A stretch of DNA of 33,083 nt from the sequence record DRR723986_8428. One strand, written 5' to 3'. The notes below the pieces were generated by a model. The model had not been told where the DNA came from. It made no database searches and saw nothing but the letters and a program-made list of their open reading frames with translations. Positions 9,654 to 20,309 of this stretch are shown one piece after another. The first letter of the stretch is position 1. Every line of letters starts with the position of its first letter. The translations under genes were made by a program, and so were the position numbers.

Positions 9654-10301
9654 ATGAGAACAAGAAATTTGCGCCGCCTTGGCGTTTTACTTCTTTGTGG
9701 CTTGGTGTACTCACTTGCACCCCTCGCCGCACAAACCAAGGTTGGTTACGTTTCCACCGACGTCATTCGCGAGCGTTTCCCCGACGCCCAACAGGCCGAT
9801 CAGCGCATCAAAACCATGACGGACGAGTGGAAGAAGGAAATCGAAGATCGCCGCGGCGAGATCGACAACCTCCGCGATGAAATTCAACGCCGCCGGCTCG
9901 TCTGGAGCGATGACGAACGCGCTCAAAAAGAGGAGACCCTCAACCTCAAAGTGGGCGAACTTGAACTCTTCTCGCGCACAAAGTTTGGCCCGGACGGCGA
10001 GTTTGACGTCCTGGTTCGCGACATCTACCGCCCGATCGAAGAAAAAATTTCGGCGGCGATCGAGGCTGTCTCCCGCGCCGACGGTTATGACATCATCTGG
10101 GACAAAAGCACACACAACCTGCTCTACGTTAACCCGCGCTACGACATTACCGTCGCTGTGATGGAGCGCCTGGAAATCCAGGTGGATGACCTGAAAGCCC
10201 AGCAGGAAGAGTTGCTCAAAAGTGCTCCGGAAGAAGAAGAACGCGCCAAACCACGCCGTCGCGTACGCCGGCCGCGTTCCAACGGCAATGACGGCAACTA
10301 A
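9654..10301 (+). CDS. skp: OmpH/Skp family periplasmic chaperone (copy 2) with charged C-terminal extension
   Basis: Signal peptide, KVGYVS, FGPDGE, GYDIIWDK..LLYVNPRYDIT..V, all typical of Bacteroidota OmpH proteins. Confidence 0.9.
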   Translation: MRTRNLRRLGVLLLCGLVYSLAPLAAQTKVGYVSTDVIRERFPDAQQADQRIKTMTDEWKKEIEDRRGEIDNLRDEIQRRRLVWSDDERAQKEETLNLKVGELELFSRTKFGPDGEFDVLVRDIYRPIEEKISAAIEAVSRADGYDIIWDKSTHNLLYVNPRYDITVAVMERLEIQVDDLKAQQEELLKSAPEEEERAKPRRRVRRPRSNGNDGN

Positions 10302-10336
10302 AAGCCGCAAGCCTTGCAGAACACAATCTGTGCCCC

Positions 10337-11425
10337 ATGCAAACAGTATCTTTGACCAGTGCCGCAGTAGCTCAAATACTCGGTGGTAAACTTGAAGGCC
10401 GTGGAGACCTCGTCTTACACGGCCTCAATCGTATTGAGGCCGCCGGCCCCGGCGAAGTTAGTTTCCTCTCAGACCGGCGCTACGCGCGCTTCCTGAGCAG
10501 CACACGCGCCGACTGCCTTTTAATTAGCGAAGACCTGGAAATTGAAGGCGGCACACCTGCCGCATATATCCGCCTTGCAGATCCCTACCGCGCCTTCATG
10601 CTTTTGGCGCGCGAATTTTATCCTGATGACCGTCCCGCACCAGGCCTGCGACACCCCAGCGCCGTCATCGACCCCAGCGCCAAAATTGCCAAAAGCGCAT
10701 CGATTGCCGCCAATGTGGTCGTTGGCGCCGACTGTGAAATTGCCGCTAACTGCATCCTGCATCCCAATGTAAGTCTCTATAGCAGTGTAAAACTCGGCGA
10801 GAGCACAATTCTACACTCCAACGTTGTTTGCCGCGAAGGCACACAAATTGGCGCGCGCTGCATCATAAACCCCGGCGCCGTCCTCGGAGCCGAAGGTTTT
10901 GGGTTTGTGGAACGCCCCGACGGCTCCTTTGAGAAAGTCCCCCAGGTCGGCACAGTCCTGCTTGAGGACGACGTTGAAATCGGCGCGAACACAACCATCG
11001 ACCGCGCCACGCTCGGCGTAACTCACATCGCCAAAGGCGTAAAAATTGACAATCTGGTGCAAGTGGCGCACAACGTGCAGATTGGTGAGCATTCGGGCAT
11101 CGTCTCACAAACCGGAATCTCCGGCAGTACAAAACTTGGCAAACGCAATCGCATTGGCGGGCAGGTTGGTGTTGTGGGGCATATCAGCACGGCCGACGAC
11201 GTGTACATTGAAGCGCAGTCCGGCGTAGCTAAAGCCATTGAACAAAAAGGCCGCTATTTTGGCTCGCCGGCAATTGCGCACCGCGAACACGTGCGCCAGG
11301 TAATGTCGCTAAAACATTTGCCGGACCTCCTCAAACAGGTGCGCGCCCTCGAACGCGAAGTCGCTCAACTTCGTGCCGATCAATCGGCCGCCGACGCCTC
11401 CAGCGACAAAAAATCAGATTCCTGA
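10337..11425 (+). CDS. lpxD: UDP-3-O-(3-hydroxyacyl)glucosamine N-acyltransferase
   Basis: Hexapeptide repeats, GAEGFGF, PQVG.V.LEDDVEIGANTTIDRA, KIDNLVQVAHNV. Confidence 0.97.
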   Translation: MQTVSLTSAAVAQILGGKLEGRGDLVLHGLNRIEAAGPGEVSFLSDRRYARFLSSTRADCLLISEDLEIEGGTPAAYIRLADPYRAFMLLAREFYPDDRPAPGLRHPSAVIDPSAKIAKSASIAANVVVGADCEIAANCILHPNVSLYSSVKLGESTILHSNVVCREGTQIGARCIINPGAVLGAEGFGFVERPDGSFEKVPQVGTVLLEDDVEIGANTTIDRATLGVTHIAKGVKIDNLVQVAHNVQIGEHSGIVSQTGISGSTKLGKRNRIGGQVGVVGHISTADDVYIEAQSGVAKAIEQKGRYFGSPAIAHREHVRQVMSLKHLPDLLKQVRALEREVAQLRADQSAADASSDKKSDS

Positions 11426-11513
11426 AATCGCCTTAAACGCGCAAATACAGGCTCTCACAAAACTTTTTCGTGCAATTTTGCGAACAAGGTCTCCGTTATT
11501 GGCTTTTGTTGTA

Positions 11514-11521
11514 TAAATTTG
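11514..11521 (+). promoter_or_regulatory. -7 promoter element upstream of lpxC/fabZ
   Basis: TAAATTTG about 24 nt upstream of ATG 11545, in the 119 nt gap after lpxD. Confidence 0.5.
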
Positions 11522-11544
11522 CGGCTCTTGTCTAACATTCCGGC

Positions 11545-12957
11545 ATGCTCATGCACTCCAAGCAGCGCACTATCAAAGATGCGGCTTCCTTCCAAGGTGT
11601 CGGACTCCATACCGGCAATCAATCTACAATTACCTTCCATCCGGCACCCGTTGACTACGGCTACCGTTTTGTGCGGGCCGATCTGCCCGACGCTCCGGAA
11701 ATTCCGGCGCTCGTAGATCACGTCGTCGATATTTCGCGCGGTACAACGCTCGCAATTGATGACGTTAAGGTCCACACCGTCGAACACGTCCTGGCGGCTC
11801 TCGCCGGACTGCAAATCGACAACTGTCGAATCGAGCTGACGGCCAACGAACCGCCCGTCGGTGACGGCAGCGCCATGCCCTACGTCGAAGCCCTGCAAAG
11901 CGCCGGCATCGTCGAACAGGATAAAGCGCGCAAATACTTCACCGTCACGCAGCCCGTGCGCTACACCAACGAAGAAAAAGGTGTGGACATCGTCGCTCTG
12001 CCAACCGATGACTTCCGCGTCACGGTCATGGTCGACTACCACAATCCTGCGCTCGGCAGCCAGCACACTGGTCTGTTTGACCTCGAAAAAGAATTCCTGA
12101 CAGAATTTGCGCCCGCGCGTACATTCTGTTTCCTGACCGAAGTTGAAGCTCTGCGCGAACATGGCTTAATTCGCGGTGGCACACTCGATAATGCGGTGGT
12201 CATCGTCGACAAGGATATGACCGACGAAGAACTGCTTGACTTCGCCGTTAACTTCGGCCTCAAAGGTAAAGTTGTGCTGGGCCACAATGGCGGCCTGCTC
12301 AACAACACCACGCCGCGCTTCAAAAATGAACCTGCACGCCACAAATTGCTCGACATGCTCGGCGACCTGGCACTGGCAGGTGTTCCCCTCAAAGCCCAAA
12401 TCCTGGCGGCACGCCCCGGCCATGCCAGCAACATCGAATTTGCACGCCAGATTCGCAAACTGTACCTGCAGACGCGCAACAGCGCGCCCGTTCGCGTTCG
12501 CGAAGCGCTCTCGCAGGAACCGGTTATGGACGTCCACCAGATTCTGGACGTCATGCCGCACCGTTATCCCTTTCTGCTCGTCGATCGCATCGTGGAACAC
12601 GATACAGATGCAGAACGCATCATCGGCCTCAAAAATGTCACGTTTAACGAACCATTCTTCCAGGGCCATTTCCCCGGCCGGCCAATCATGCCGGGCGTGC
12701 TGATCGTGGAAGCCATGGCACAGGTCGGCGGTTTGTTAATGTTGGGCCGGATGGATGACGTCAAAAAGAAAATGGTCTTTTTCCGGGGGATCGATAGAGC
12801 CGTCTTCCGCAAAACGGTTACTCCAGGTGATCAACTTATTCTAGATGTTAAACTGACCGGCAGCAAATTCCAGGCCTTCTCGCTTGGAGCACGTGCTTAC
12901 GTCGGTGATACTCTTGTGGCCGAAGCCAACCTTCGCGCCGTAATCGTTGACAGGTAA
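11545..12957 (+). CDS. lpxC/fabZ: Bifunctional UDP-3-O-acyl-GlcNAc deacetylase / 3-hydroxyacyl-ACP dehydratase (LpxC-FabZ fusion)
   Basis: LpxC motifs KQRTI, GVGLHTG, HTVEH, APARTF, HKLLD..GDL. FabZ motifs PHRYPFLLVD and FFQGHFP.RPIMPGVLIVEAMAQ. Confidence 0.97.
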   Translation: MLMHSKQRTIKDAASFQGVGLHTGNQSTITFHPAPVDYGYRFVRADLPDAPEIPALVDHVVDISRGTTLAIDDVKVHTVEHVLAALAGLQIDNCRIELTANEPPVGDGSAMPYVEALQSAGIVEQDKARKYFTVTQPVRYTNEEKGVDIVALPTDDFRVTVMVDYHNPALGSQHTGLFDLEKEFLTEFAPARTFCFLTEVEALREHGLIRGGTLDNAVVIVDKDMTDEELLDFAVNFGLKGKVVLGHNGGLLNNTTPRFKNEPARHKLLDMLGDLALAGVPLKAQILAARPGHASNIEFARQIRKLYLQTRNSAPVRVREALSQEPVMDVHQILDVMPHRYPFLLVDRIVEHDTDAERIIGLKNVTFNEPFFQGHFPGRPIMPGVLIVEAMAQVGGLLMLGRMDDVKKKMVFFRGIDRAVFRKTVTPGDQLILDVKLTGSKFQAFSLGARAYVGDTLVAEANLRAVIVDR

Positions 12958-13757
12958 TGCCGATGCAGACAAGCTCAATACATCCCACTGCAATTATCTC
13001 TCCCGATGCCAAACTGGGCGAAGGCGTATCCGTCGGCCCCTACACCGTCATCGACGGTGATGTTGAAATCGGGGATGGCTGCGAAATCCGCAATAGTGTT
13101 TACATCGCAGATGGTGCACGCATCGGAAACGAATGCCGTATCTTCAGCGGTGCAGTCATCGCCACCGAACCGCAGGACCTTAAGTTCGCCGGCGAGCCAA
13201 CCCTCGCAATAATCGGCGACCGCACCGTGGTGCGAGAATGTGCCACGATTAACCGCGGCACCTCTGCTTCCGGCAAATCCGTCGTCGGCAACGATTGTTT
13301 AATCATGGCGTATTGCCACGTAGCGCACGACTGTGTGCTCGGCAACAACATCATCATGGCCAACTCAACACATTTGGCCGGCCATGTAACAATCCAGGAT
13401 TGGGCCGTACTCGGTGGCGGCACACTCGTGCATCAGTTTTGTAATGTGGGCCGGCACACAATGATTGGCGCCGGAACTTACGTCACCAAAGACGTCTGCA
13501 ATTATCTGTTGGCCGAAGGCAACGATCTTAAGGTACACGGCATTAACAGAGTCGGACTGCGCCGCCGTGGATTCACGCCCGAAACCATGAAAGAAATTGA
13601 AGAGTTCTATCGCATACTCTTCCGCTCCGGACTTAACGTCTCGGCAGGCCTGGCAACCTACCAGGAACGCGAGCACATCTCAGCCGAAATTCAGGAATGC
13701 ATCGATTTTATCAAAGCCTCCAGCCGCGGAATCTATATCGGCAAGTCGCAAAGTTAG
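12957..13757 (+). CDS. lpxA: Acyl-ACP--UDP-N-acetylglucosamine O-acyltransferase
   Basis: IHPTAII, PQDLKF.GE, RECATINRGT, MAYCHVAHDC, N.VGLRRRGF. TAATG stop/start overlap with fabZ. Confidence 0.97.
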   Translation: MPMQTSSIHPTAIISPDAKLGEGVSVGPYTVIDGDVEIGDGCEIRNSVYIADGARIGNECRIFSGAVIATEPQDLKFAGEPTLAIIGDRTVVRECATINRGTSASGKSVVGNDCLIMAYCHVAHDCVLGNNIIMANSTHLAGHVTIQDWAVLGGGTLVHQFCNVGRHTMIGAGTYVTKDVCNYLLAEGNDLKVHGINRVGLRRRGFTPETMKEIEEFYRILFRSGLNVSAGLATYQEREHISAEIQECIDFIKASSRGIYIGKSQS

Positions 13758-13810
13758 TTTTTGAAGGCTAGTTTAACATCTGAGTGCACATGCAGGTGCG
13801 GGAGTTAACA

Positions 13811-14488
13811 ATGTGTGGTAGAATAGCTCAGTTTGCCAGCGATGACGAAATCGCCAATCAATTTACCGCCGAATTCCCGCTCACAGAAATAGACTCACAC
13901 TACAACGGCGCGCCAACTCAACTCTTTTCTACAATTACAGAGCGCAGCACGCGCAAGATCGAACACCTGCGCTGGGGCCTGATCCCTTTCTGGGCCAAAG
14001 AAAAATCTATCGGCAGCCGCATGATTAATGCACGCGCCGAAACCGTCCCCTCCAAACCATCCTTCCGCACCGCCTTCAAACAACGCCGTTGCATTGTACC
14101 GGTTAACGGATTTTTTGAATGGCAAAAAACCGACGACGGCAAAATCCCGCACTATATCAGCGCGGCCAAAGACGAGCTGCTCGCCTTTGCCGGACTCCAC
14201 GAGCAATGGCGCGACCCGGCCCAACCCGAAGACGCCCCGGCTGTTAACACCTTCACAGTTATTACCACGGCCGCCAACGAATTCATGACGCCCTTGCATG
14301 ACCGCATGCCGCTGATCCTCACTCCGGCCGAGATCGACGTCTGGTTAAAACAAGACAGCCCCATTCAGGATCTTGAAGTCATTCTGGCACATTCTATCGA
14401 CAACGATATCCTGCAGGCCTGGCCGGTTTCACGTGCGGTTAACAGTCCACGCAATGACACGCCCGAAATTATCATCAAAGCAGCTTAA
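13811..14488 (+). CDS. SOS response-associated peptidase (SRAP/YedK/HMCES family, abasic-site protection)
   Basis: N-terminal MCGR with catalytic Cys2 fixes the start at 13811. Also WGLIPFW, INARAET, RRCIVP..GFFEW, HDRMPLIL, VS.AVN. Confidence 0.94.
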   Translation: MCGRIAQFASDDEIANQFTAEFPLTEIDSHYNGAPTQLFSTITERSTRKIEHLRWGLIPFWAKEKSIGSRMINARAETVPSKPSFRTAFKQRRCIVPVNGFFEWQKTDDGKIPHYISAAKDELLAFAGLHEQWRDPAQPEDAPAVNTFTVITTAANEFMTPLHDRMPLILTPAEIDVWLKQDSPIQDLEVILAHSIDNDILQAWPVSRAVNSPRNDTPEIIIKAA

Positions 14489-14490
14489 AC

Positions 14491-14540
14491 GCTTCGCCCC
14501 CCTTGGTGGCTTGCTTTTTCTTTTTGTTAGTATTCGAGTT
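14491..14540. repeat. Copy 2 of dispersed intergenic repeat, between convergent SRAP and T9SS-cargo genes
   Basis: Aligns with 4041..4088 (see that feature). Confidence 0.55.
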
Positions 14541-14563
14541 ATAAGCACAGGAAACCTGAGCTC

Positions 14564-16891
14564 TCAGCGAATAACCGGCACTGACTTTATGCTTGACATC
14601 CCCTCGCTTTCAAATCGAATCAAATACACCCCACTCCGCTGATCGTGCAGATTAAGACTCATAGTGCCACGGGCCTCCAGTTGTGACTCATAGACTTTGG
14701 TCCCAAGCATAGAATACACCGTAATCAACGACTCGGAATTTGAAGTTGAGTGCAAAACAAAAAGGCCATTCCCCAACGAGCGCAGCTCAAGTTGGTCAGA
14801 ATCACTAGTGGTAGCGACGTCCGTTGTTTTTTTGGCAATCGTATTTACAACTGTATTCGTGAGTATCGGCTTATTGAAATCAAAGTAGATCGCCGCACGA
14901 CTGCGCACCTCCGTACCTTCTTCCAAATTCTTTTTAACATCAACCTTGTACTTAACAACGCCATGACTACCGGGCTCGTCAGTTTCCTTGCCAGGTAACT
15001 TAATGTCAGCAAAGCGAAACTCCAGAACCTTGCCATCAAGCAGATTAACCGAATAGTCGTGAGAGGCAGCGCCAAAATTCAGCGTGTTAACATCCAGGTC
15101 ATCATCAAGGTAGTTCCTCACAACAACATCAAAGGCAGGCGCGTCACCGATATTCTGGAATCTGATTGTGTAAGTCAAAGTTGTGTCATCTTGTGTAATC
15201 TGTCCGCGTTCACCAAACCCGCGCGGTGAGACGGAGATGTCGTTGGGGTCAAAGGAAGCGCGTATTTGCACGCATGTCTGATCCTGACGATAGCGCAACA
15301 GGTCATCGGGCTTAACATCCCCAATTTCAACGCGCGCGCAAATTTCAAGTCCTCGCAGGTTTTCATCGGGCGGAATCATAAGCGAGACCTTAAATTGTTT
15401 AGTCGCACCCACAGCCATGTCAACGATATCCCACTCAGCCAGGCCTATGGTGTGACGATCCGCCAGGCGCTCCGAATCAAAATCGGTCAGGCGGCTATCG
15501 TAGTTGAAGCGGAGCACTCCGTCAAAACGCATACTCCCGGTGTTAATGCAAGTAATGTGGTACTCAATTTCACGGCCAGCAATTGCTTGTGAGGAAACAA
15601 CACTGACGTCAAGATTCTCAATCAGCGCCTTGGGAATCAAGCCCACATTGGCACTACCTTCAACAATTCCGTCGGCATCAATTGTGATCCGGCGACTCTC
15701 CGGGCTACATGCAGATTCCCACGGCCACCGCGCTTCCAGGCCAACAACATATTCACCCTGCGGAAGGTTAAGATTAAATGCTCCATCTTTTCGGCTAAAC
15801 GTTCTGACACCTCCAGGGTCAACGCGCACAATCTGCCCTTGCAGCTTGTCTTCAGAACTTTGCATGCTGCAATTTTCATTTTGGTCAACATAAACGTGCC
15901 CTTGCACCGGAAACAATGTCTGGCGAGCATTATAGATGCGGCCACGGAAGGAAACATAAACACTGTCAAAAAGCTCGTGTTCTTCCCAGGTGCTGCGCAA
16001 AGAATATTCAGCTCTGTCCACATCGGTAAGGGCCATTCCCTCATTAAGCCAAAATGCAACCAGATTGCCGGAATTAACATGATAATCAGTTAAGTATCGC
16101 ACACGAATATTCACGTCTCCCTCTCGCAGCTGTATCTCTCTGCGACTCAAAACCGTCGCGTCCAGCGGGTCAATTTCCAAGATATTTGTTGGTCCCAATT
16201 TCCTTGACTCTGATTCCTGGGCATACAGCAGACCGGATGGTGGGTCAAAAAAAACGTTTTGGAGAAGCAATGGAGATTGCAAAGCAATCGCCCCTACAAA
16301 GGACAACTCACGACTGCTCAGATCCAATGCGTAAAGATCCTGAGCGTGGAGCAAATAGAGTGTGCCGGTGCGGCTGTCTAAAGCGCTGAAGAATACGACC
16401 GGAGCGAGTTCAGTTTCCAGATTTACTAAACCGACATCTAGCGTCAGCGGATCAATTTCTACTAAACCAACGGGCGGAAGTATCCTGGCTCCATAATATT
16501 TATCTGTCACCTCATCATAGTGCCACTCATCAATCTCTCCAAAGGAGCGCAAGCCCGGGTTATCGACTTCTAATAAAAGCTCACCCGTCTGCAAATCAAG
16601 CAGGTAGAGTTCGCCCGAGAGGTTAACAAAAAGCATCTGACTCCGGCGAACATCAATTGCACTCCCGAACCTAGTCTGAAAAATTCCCTTGTAAAACGAA
16701 GCGTTAAGAATTTCCTGCTCGCCGCTTGCAATATTTATTCGGCCGAAGCCACGTGTCTGCTCGCGACTTGTCAAATGCAAACCATAATAGTAGCCATCTT
16801 CGGCAACAGCGCTCACCGTCGCCAAGAGGGCCAACAACAACAGAGAACCAGAGATTGTAGTTCTTAGTAGAACTCGTCCAGAATTTAACAT
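14564..16891 (-). CDS. Secreted T9SS type A sorting domain protein: beta-propeller-like N-terminus, SdrD/Cna-B-like and DUF11-like Ig domains, DUF7619-like domain
   Basis: Signal peptide (AVA-E). G.VYVDQNENC. SFDPNDISV..YTIRFQNIG..HGVVKY..AAIYFDFNKPILTNTV. C-terminal VYSMLG..V..GVYLIR sorting domain. Confidence 0.82.
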   Translation of the reverse strand: MLNSGRVLLRTTISGSLLLLALLATVSAVAEDGYYYGLHLTSREQTRGFGRINIASGEQEILNASFYKGIFQTRFGSAIDVRRSQMLFVNLSGELYLLDLQTGELLLEVDNPGLRSFGEIDEWHYDEVTDKYYGARILPPVGLVEIDPLTLDVGLVNLETELAPVVFFSALDSRTGTLYLLHAQDLYALDLSSRELSFVGAIALQSPLLLQNVFFDPPSGLLYAQESESRKLGPTNILEIDPLDATVLSRREIQLREGDVNIRVRYLTDYHVNSGNLVAFWLNEGMALTDVDRAEYSLRSTWEEHELFDSVYVSFRGRIYNARQTLFPVQGHVYVDQNENCSMQSSEDKLQGQIVRVDPGGVRTFSRKDGAFNLNLPQGEYVVGLEARWPWESACSPESRRITIDADGIVEGSANVGLIPKALIENLDVSVVSSQAIAGREIEYHITCINTGSMRFDGVLRFNYDSRLTDFDSERLADRHTIGLAEWDIVDMAVGATKQFKVSLMIPPDENLRGLEICARVEIGDVKPDDLLRYRQDQTCVQIRASFDPNDISVSPRGFGERGQITQDDTTLTYTIRFQNIGDAPAFDVVVRNYLDDDLDVNTLNFGAASHDYSVNLLDGKVLEFRFADIKLPGKETDEPGSHGVVKYKVDVKKNLEEGTEVRSRAAIYFDFNKPILTNTVVNTIAKKTTDVATTSDSDQLELRSLGNGLFVLHSTSNSESLITVYSMLGTKVYESQLEARGTMSLNLHDQRSGVYLIRFESEGMSSIKSVPVIR

Positions 16892-16992
16892 GTGACCTCA
16901 AAGCGTTTCCATAAGACAATCGAATGTGATCTACCTAAAAGAATGTGCCGCATGTTCTTAAATAGTTCCCTCAAAAGGTACTATCTCAAACA

Positions 16993-18327
16993 TTATACTC
17001 GCGTCACATTCGCTACTTCCTGCTCCAGCTGCGCCTTCAACTCGCGAATCTCCTCACAGACCGGAATAAACTCCTGCAGAAACTGACGCAAAGTAGCGCG
17101 ATTCTGATCCTCAACACTACCACCGCCCGAAAGTGATTCTTTTAACCAACTGAAAAAGGTCCGGCGTATCGGCGTGTGCTCCAGCTCCGTCAGCGGGCGA
17201 GTTAACATCGAAGGATCGGCCTGCAGGTCGGCCAGCAGCGACGCAAACGACAGCAGGACTTTAAGCTGCTCAAAACCATTTGAAACCGAAAGAGTGTTAA
17301 CAAGTGTGGTGTAGGACTTGATAAATGTCTGGACTTCCTCATCTACGCCCGTCGTTGCAAAAATGCCGGAAAGCGCGCGTACATCCTCGCGCTGCACCTG
17401 CGTGCGTCCCTCCCACAGAGCTATGGCACGCAGCACATCCAGCGCTTTGGCCTGCGAACGTGGACTAACGTAGTATTCGGGCAAACTATCAGCAGTTCGC
17501 CGGTCGTGAGTTTCGCGCAGCATGCGGTTGCGCGCATATTCGTAGTGGCGCACCACCAGATTTGTGAAGTAGAGAATGTCTTCACCAATCGCAATTTCAG
17601 TCGAGCTATCCTTGCCGGTAATAATGGCATTTAAACGTTTAAGTGTTGTGAAGTTAATCACCTGGGGCGGTTCAATCCTGGAACCACCGTGTTGCAAATA
17701 GCGCTGTGAGATACGATACTGCAGATAGGGATTTTTATCCGGCAGGATTACGGCTTTAAACATAAAACGATCCAGGATCGCTTCGGTGACTTCGTTAACA
17801 CGCAAATAGTTTGTAGCCGCAATTACCGTATGAGTTTTGGCCGCCTGGTTTTGCACACCACGTACCAGCGCGCGTTCGTTAAGTACCGAAAGCAGCGCGC
17901 GCAGGGTGAAGTCATTTGCATCAAAAATTTCATCGATAAAACCGAATTCACAATCGACAATTGAGCCTTCGGTGTTGTGGAAAACCTTGCCCTGTTTGAG
18001 CATCGCCACGTCCAGCCCACCAAAATATGTGTCGGGCTGTTGTTCCTTACTGGCCTGCACCTTAAAGATTGACGCACCCTGGAACATCGCAAAAATCTGT
18101 TCGGCCAGCAGCGTTTTGCCGGCACCAGTTCGGCTTTGCAGCAAAAGATGTTCACCCGTCAGCAGCGCCAGGAACCCCTGTTGGATTATGGCTTCGCGAT
18201 TTATTACACGTCGGCCCACAAAATTGGCGGCACGATGCAGCGCCTGCACGGATTGTTCAAGGGAGAAACCGGATGAGTCCGCATCATTCGCGGTGGAATT
18301 GGGGGTCGGCATGCCCGTCTCCTGCAT
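16993..18327 (-). CDS. MoxR/RavA-like AAA+ ATPase
   Basis: ALLTGEHLLL, Walker A variant SRTGAGKT, Walker B GFIDEIFDA, LL.VLNER, sensor I AATN, EAILDRF, SPRS. Confidence 0.85.
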   Translation of the reverse strand: MQETGMPTPNSTANDADSSGFSLEQSVQALHRAANFVGRRVINREAIIQQGFLALLTGEHLLLQSRTGAGKTLLAEQIFAMFQGASIFKVQASKEQQPDTYFGGLDVAMLKQGKVFHNTEGSIVDCEFGFIDEIFDANDFTLRALLSVLNERALVRGVQNQAAKTHTVIAATNYLRVNEVTEAILDRFMFKAVILPDKNPYLQYRISQRYLQHGGSRIEPPQVINFTTLKRLNAIITGKDSSTEIAIGEDILYFTNLVVRHYEYARNRMLRETHDRRTADSLPEYYVSPRSQAKALDVLRAIALWEGRTQVQREDVRALSGIFATTGVDEEVQTFIKSYTTLVNTLSVSNGFEQLKVLLSFASLLADLQADPSMLTRPLTELEHTPIRRTFFSWLKESLSGGGSVEDQNRATLRQFLQEFIPVCEEIRELKAQLEQEVANVTRV

Positions 18328-18714
18328 TACACACGTCCCGTAGCAGCTAAATCACACACTTTATGCTTGGAGCTTCGGGGGGCCCGGAAGTTAAGAATTT
18401 CACAACAAAAACCACAGTTGCAGCGCGCATTTGCGGTCATTTTCGCAACATACAAGGCTTGGAAATTCCGCTTGACTGCGCTCGCTTTTTAAAGGCCATC
18501 TTGTTTGGCCCGGCACCGGCCTTCAAGGCCCGGAGCTCCAATTTTCAGTTCTTGCAGCCGCGGCGCCTGCGCGCAAGCAGGCAAATGTTTTTGAGGCTGC
18601 CTGCAGCCAAATAGCTTCCGGCTACAAGCCAGGCACACCCCAGCTATCAAGAACCCGGCTATTAAGCATGTGTCCAGTATTGCAGCTGAAGTACAAAACA
18701 TTTGGCAAGAAATA

Positions 18715-18746
18715 TTTGATAAATCGGCACTGAATCATTAATTTTG
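18715..18746 (+). promoter_or_regulatory. Bacteroidota-type promoter for atpD-atpC
   Basis: TTTG (18715-18718), a 20 nt spacer, then TAATTTTG (18739-18746): a full consensus match. Confidence 0.72.
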
Positions 18747-18769
18747 GAGACTGTAGTATACACACTTAA

Positions 18770-20269
<1,500 letters not shown>

Positions 20270-20309
20270 TCTTTCATGACGTCTCTCGTCAAAAGCGGAA
20301 TTACACGGC

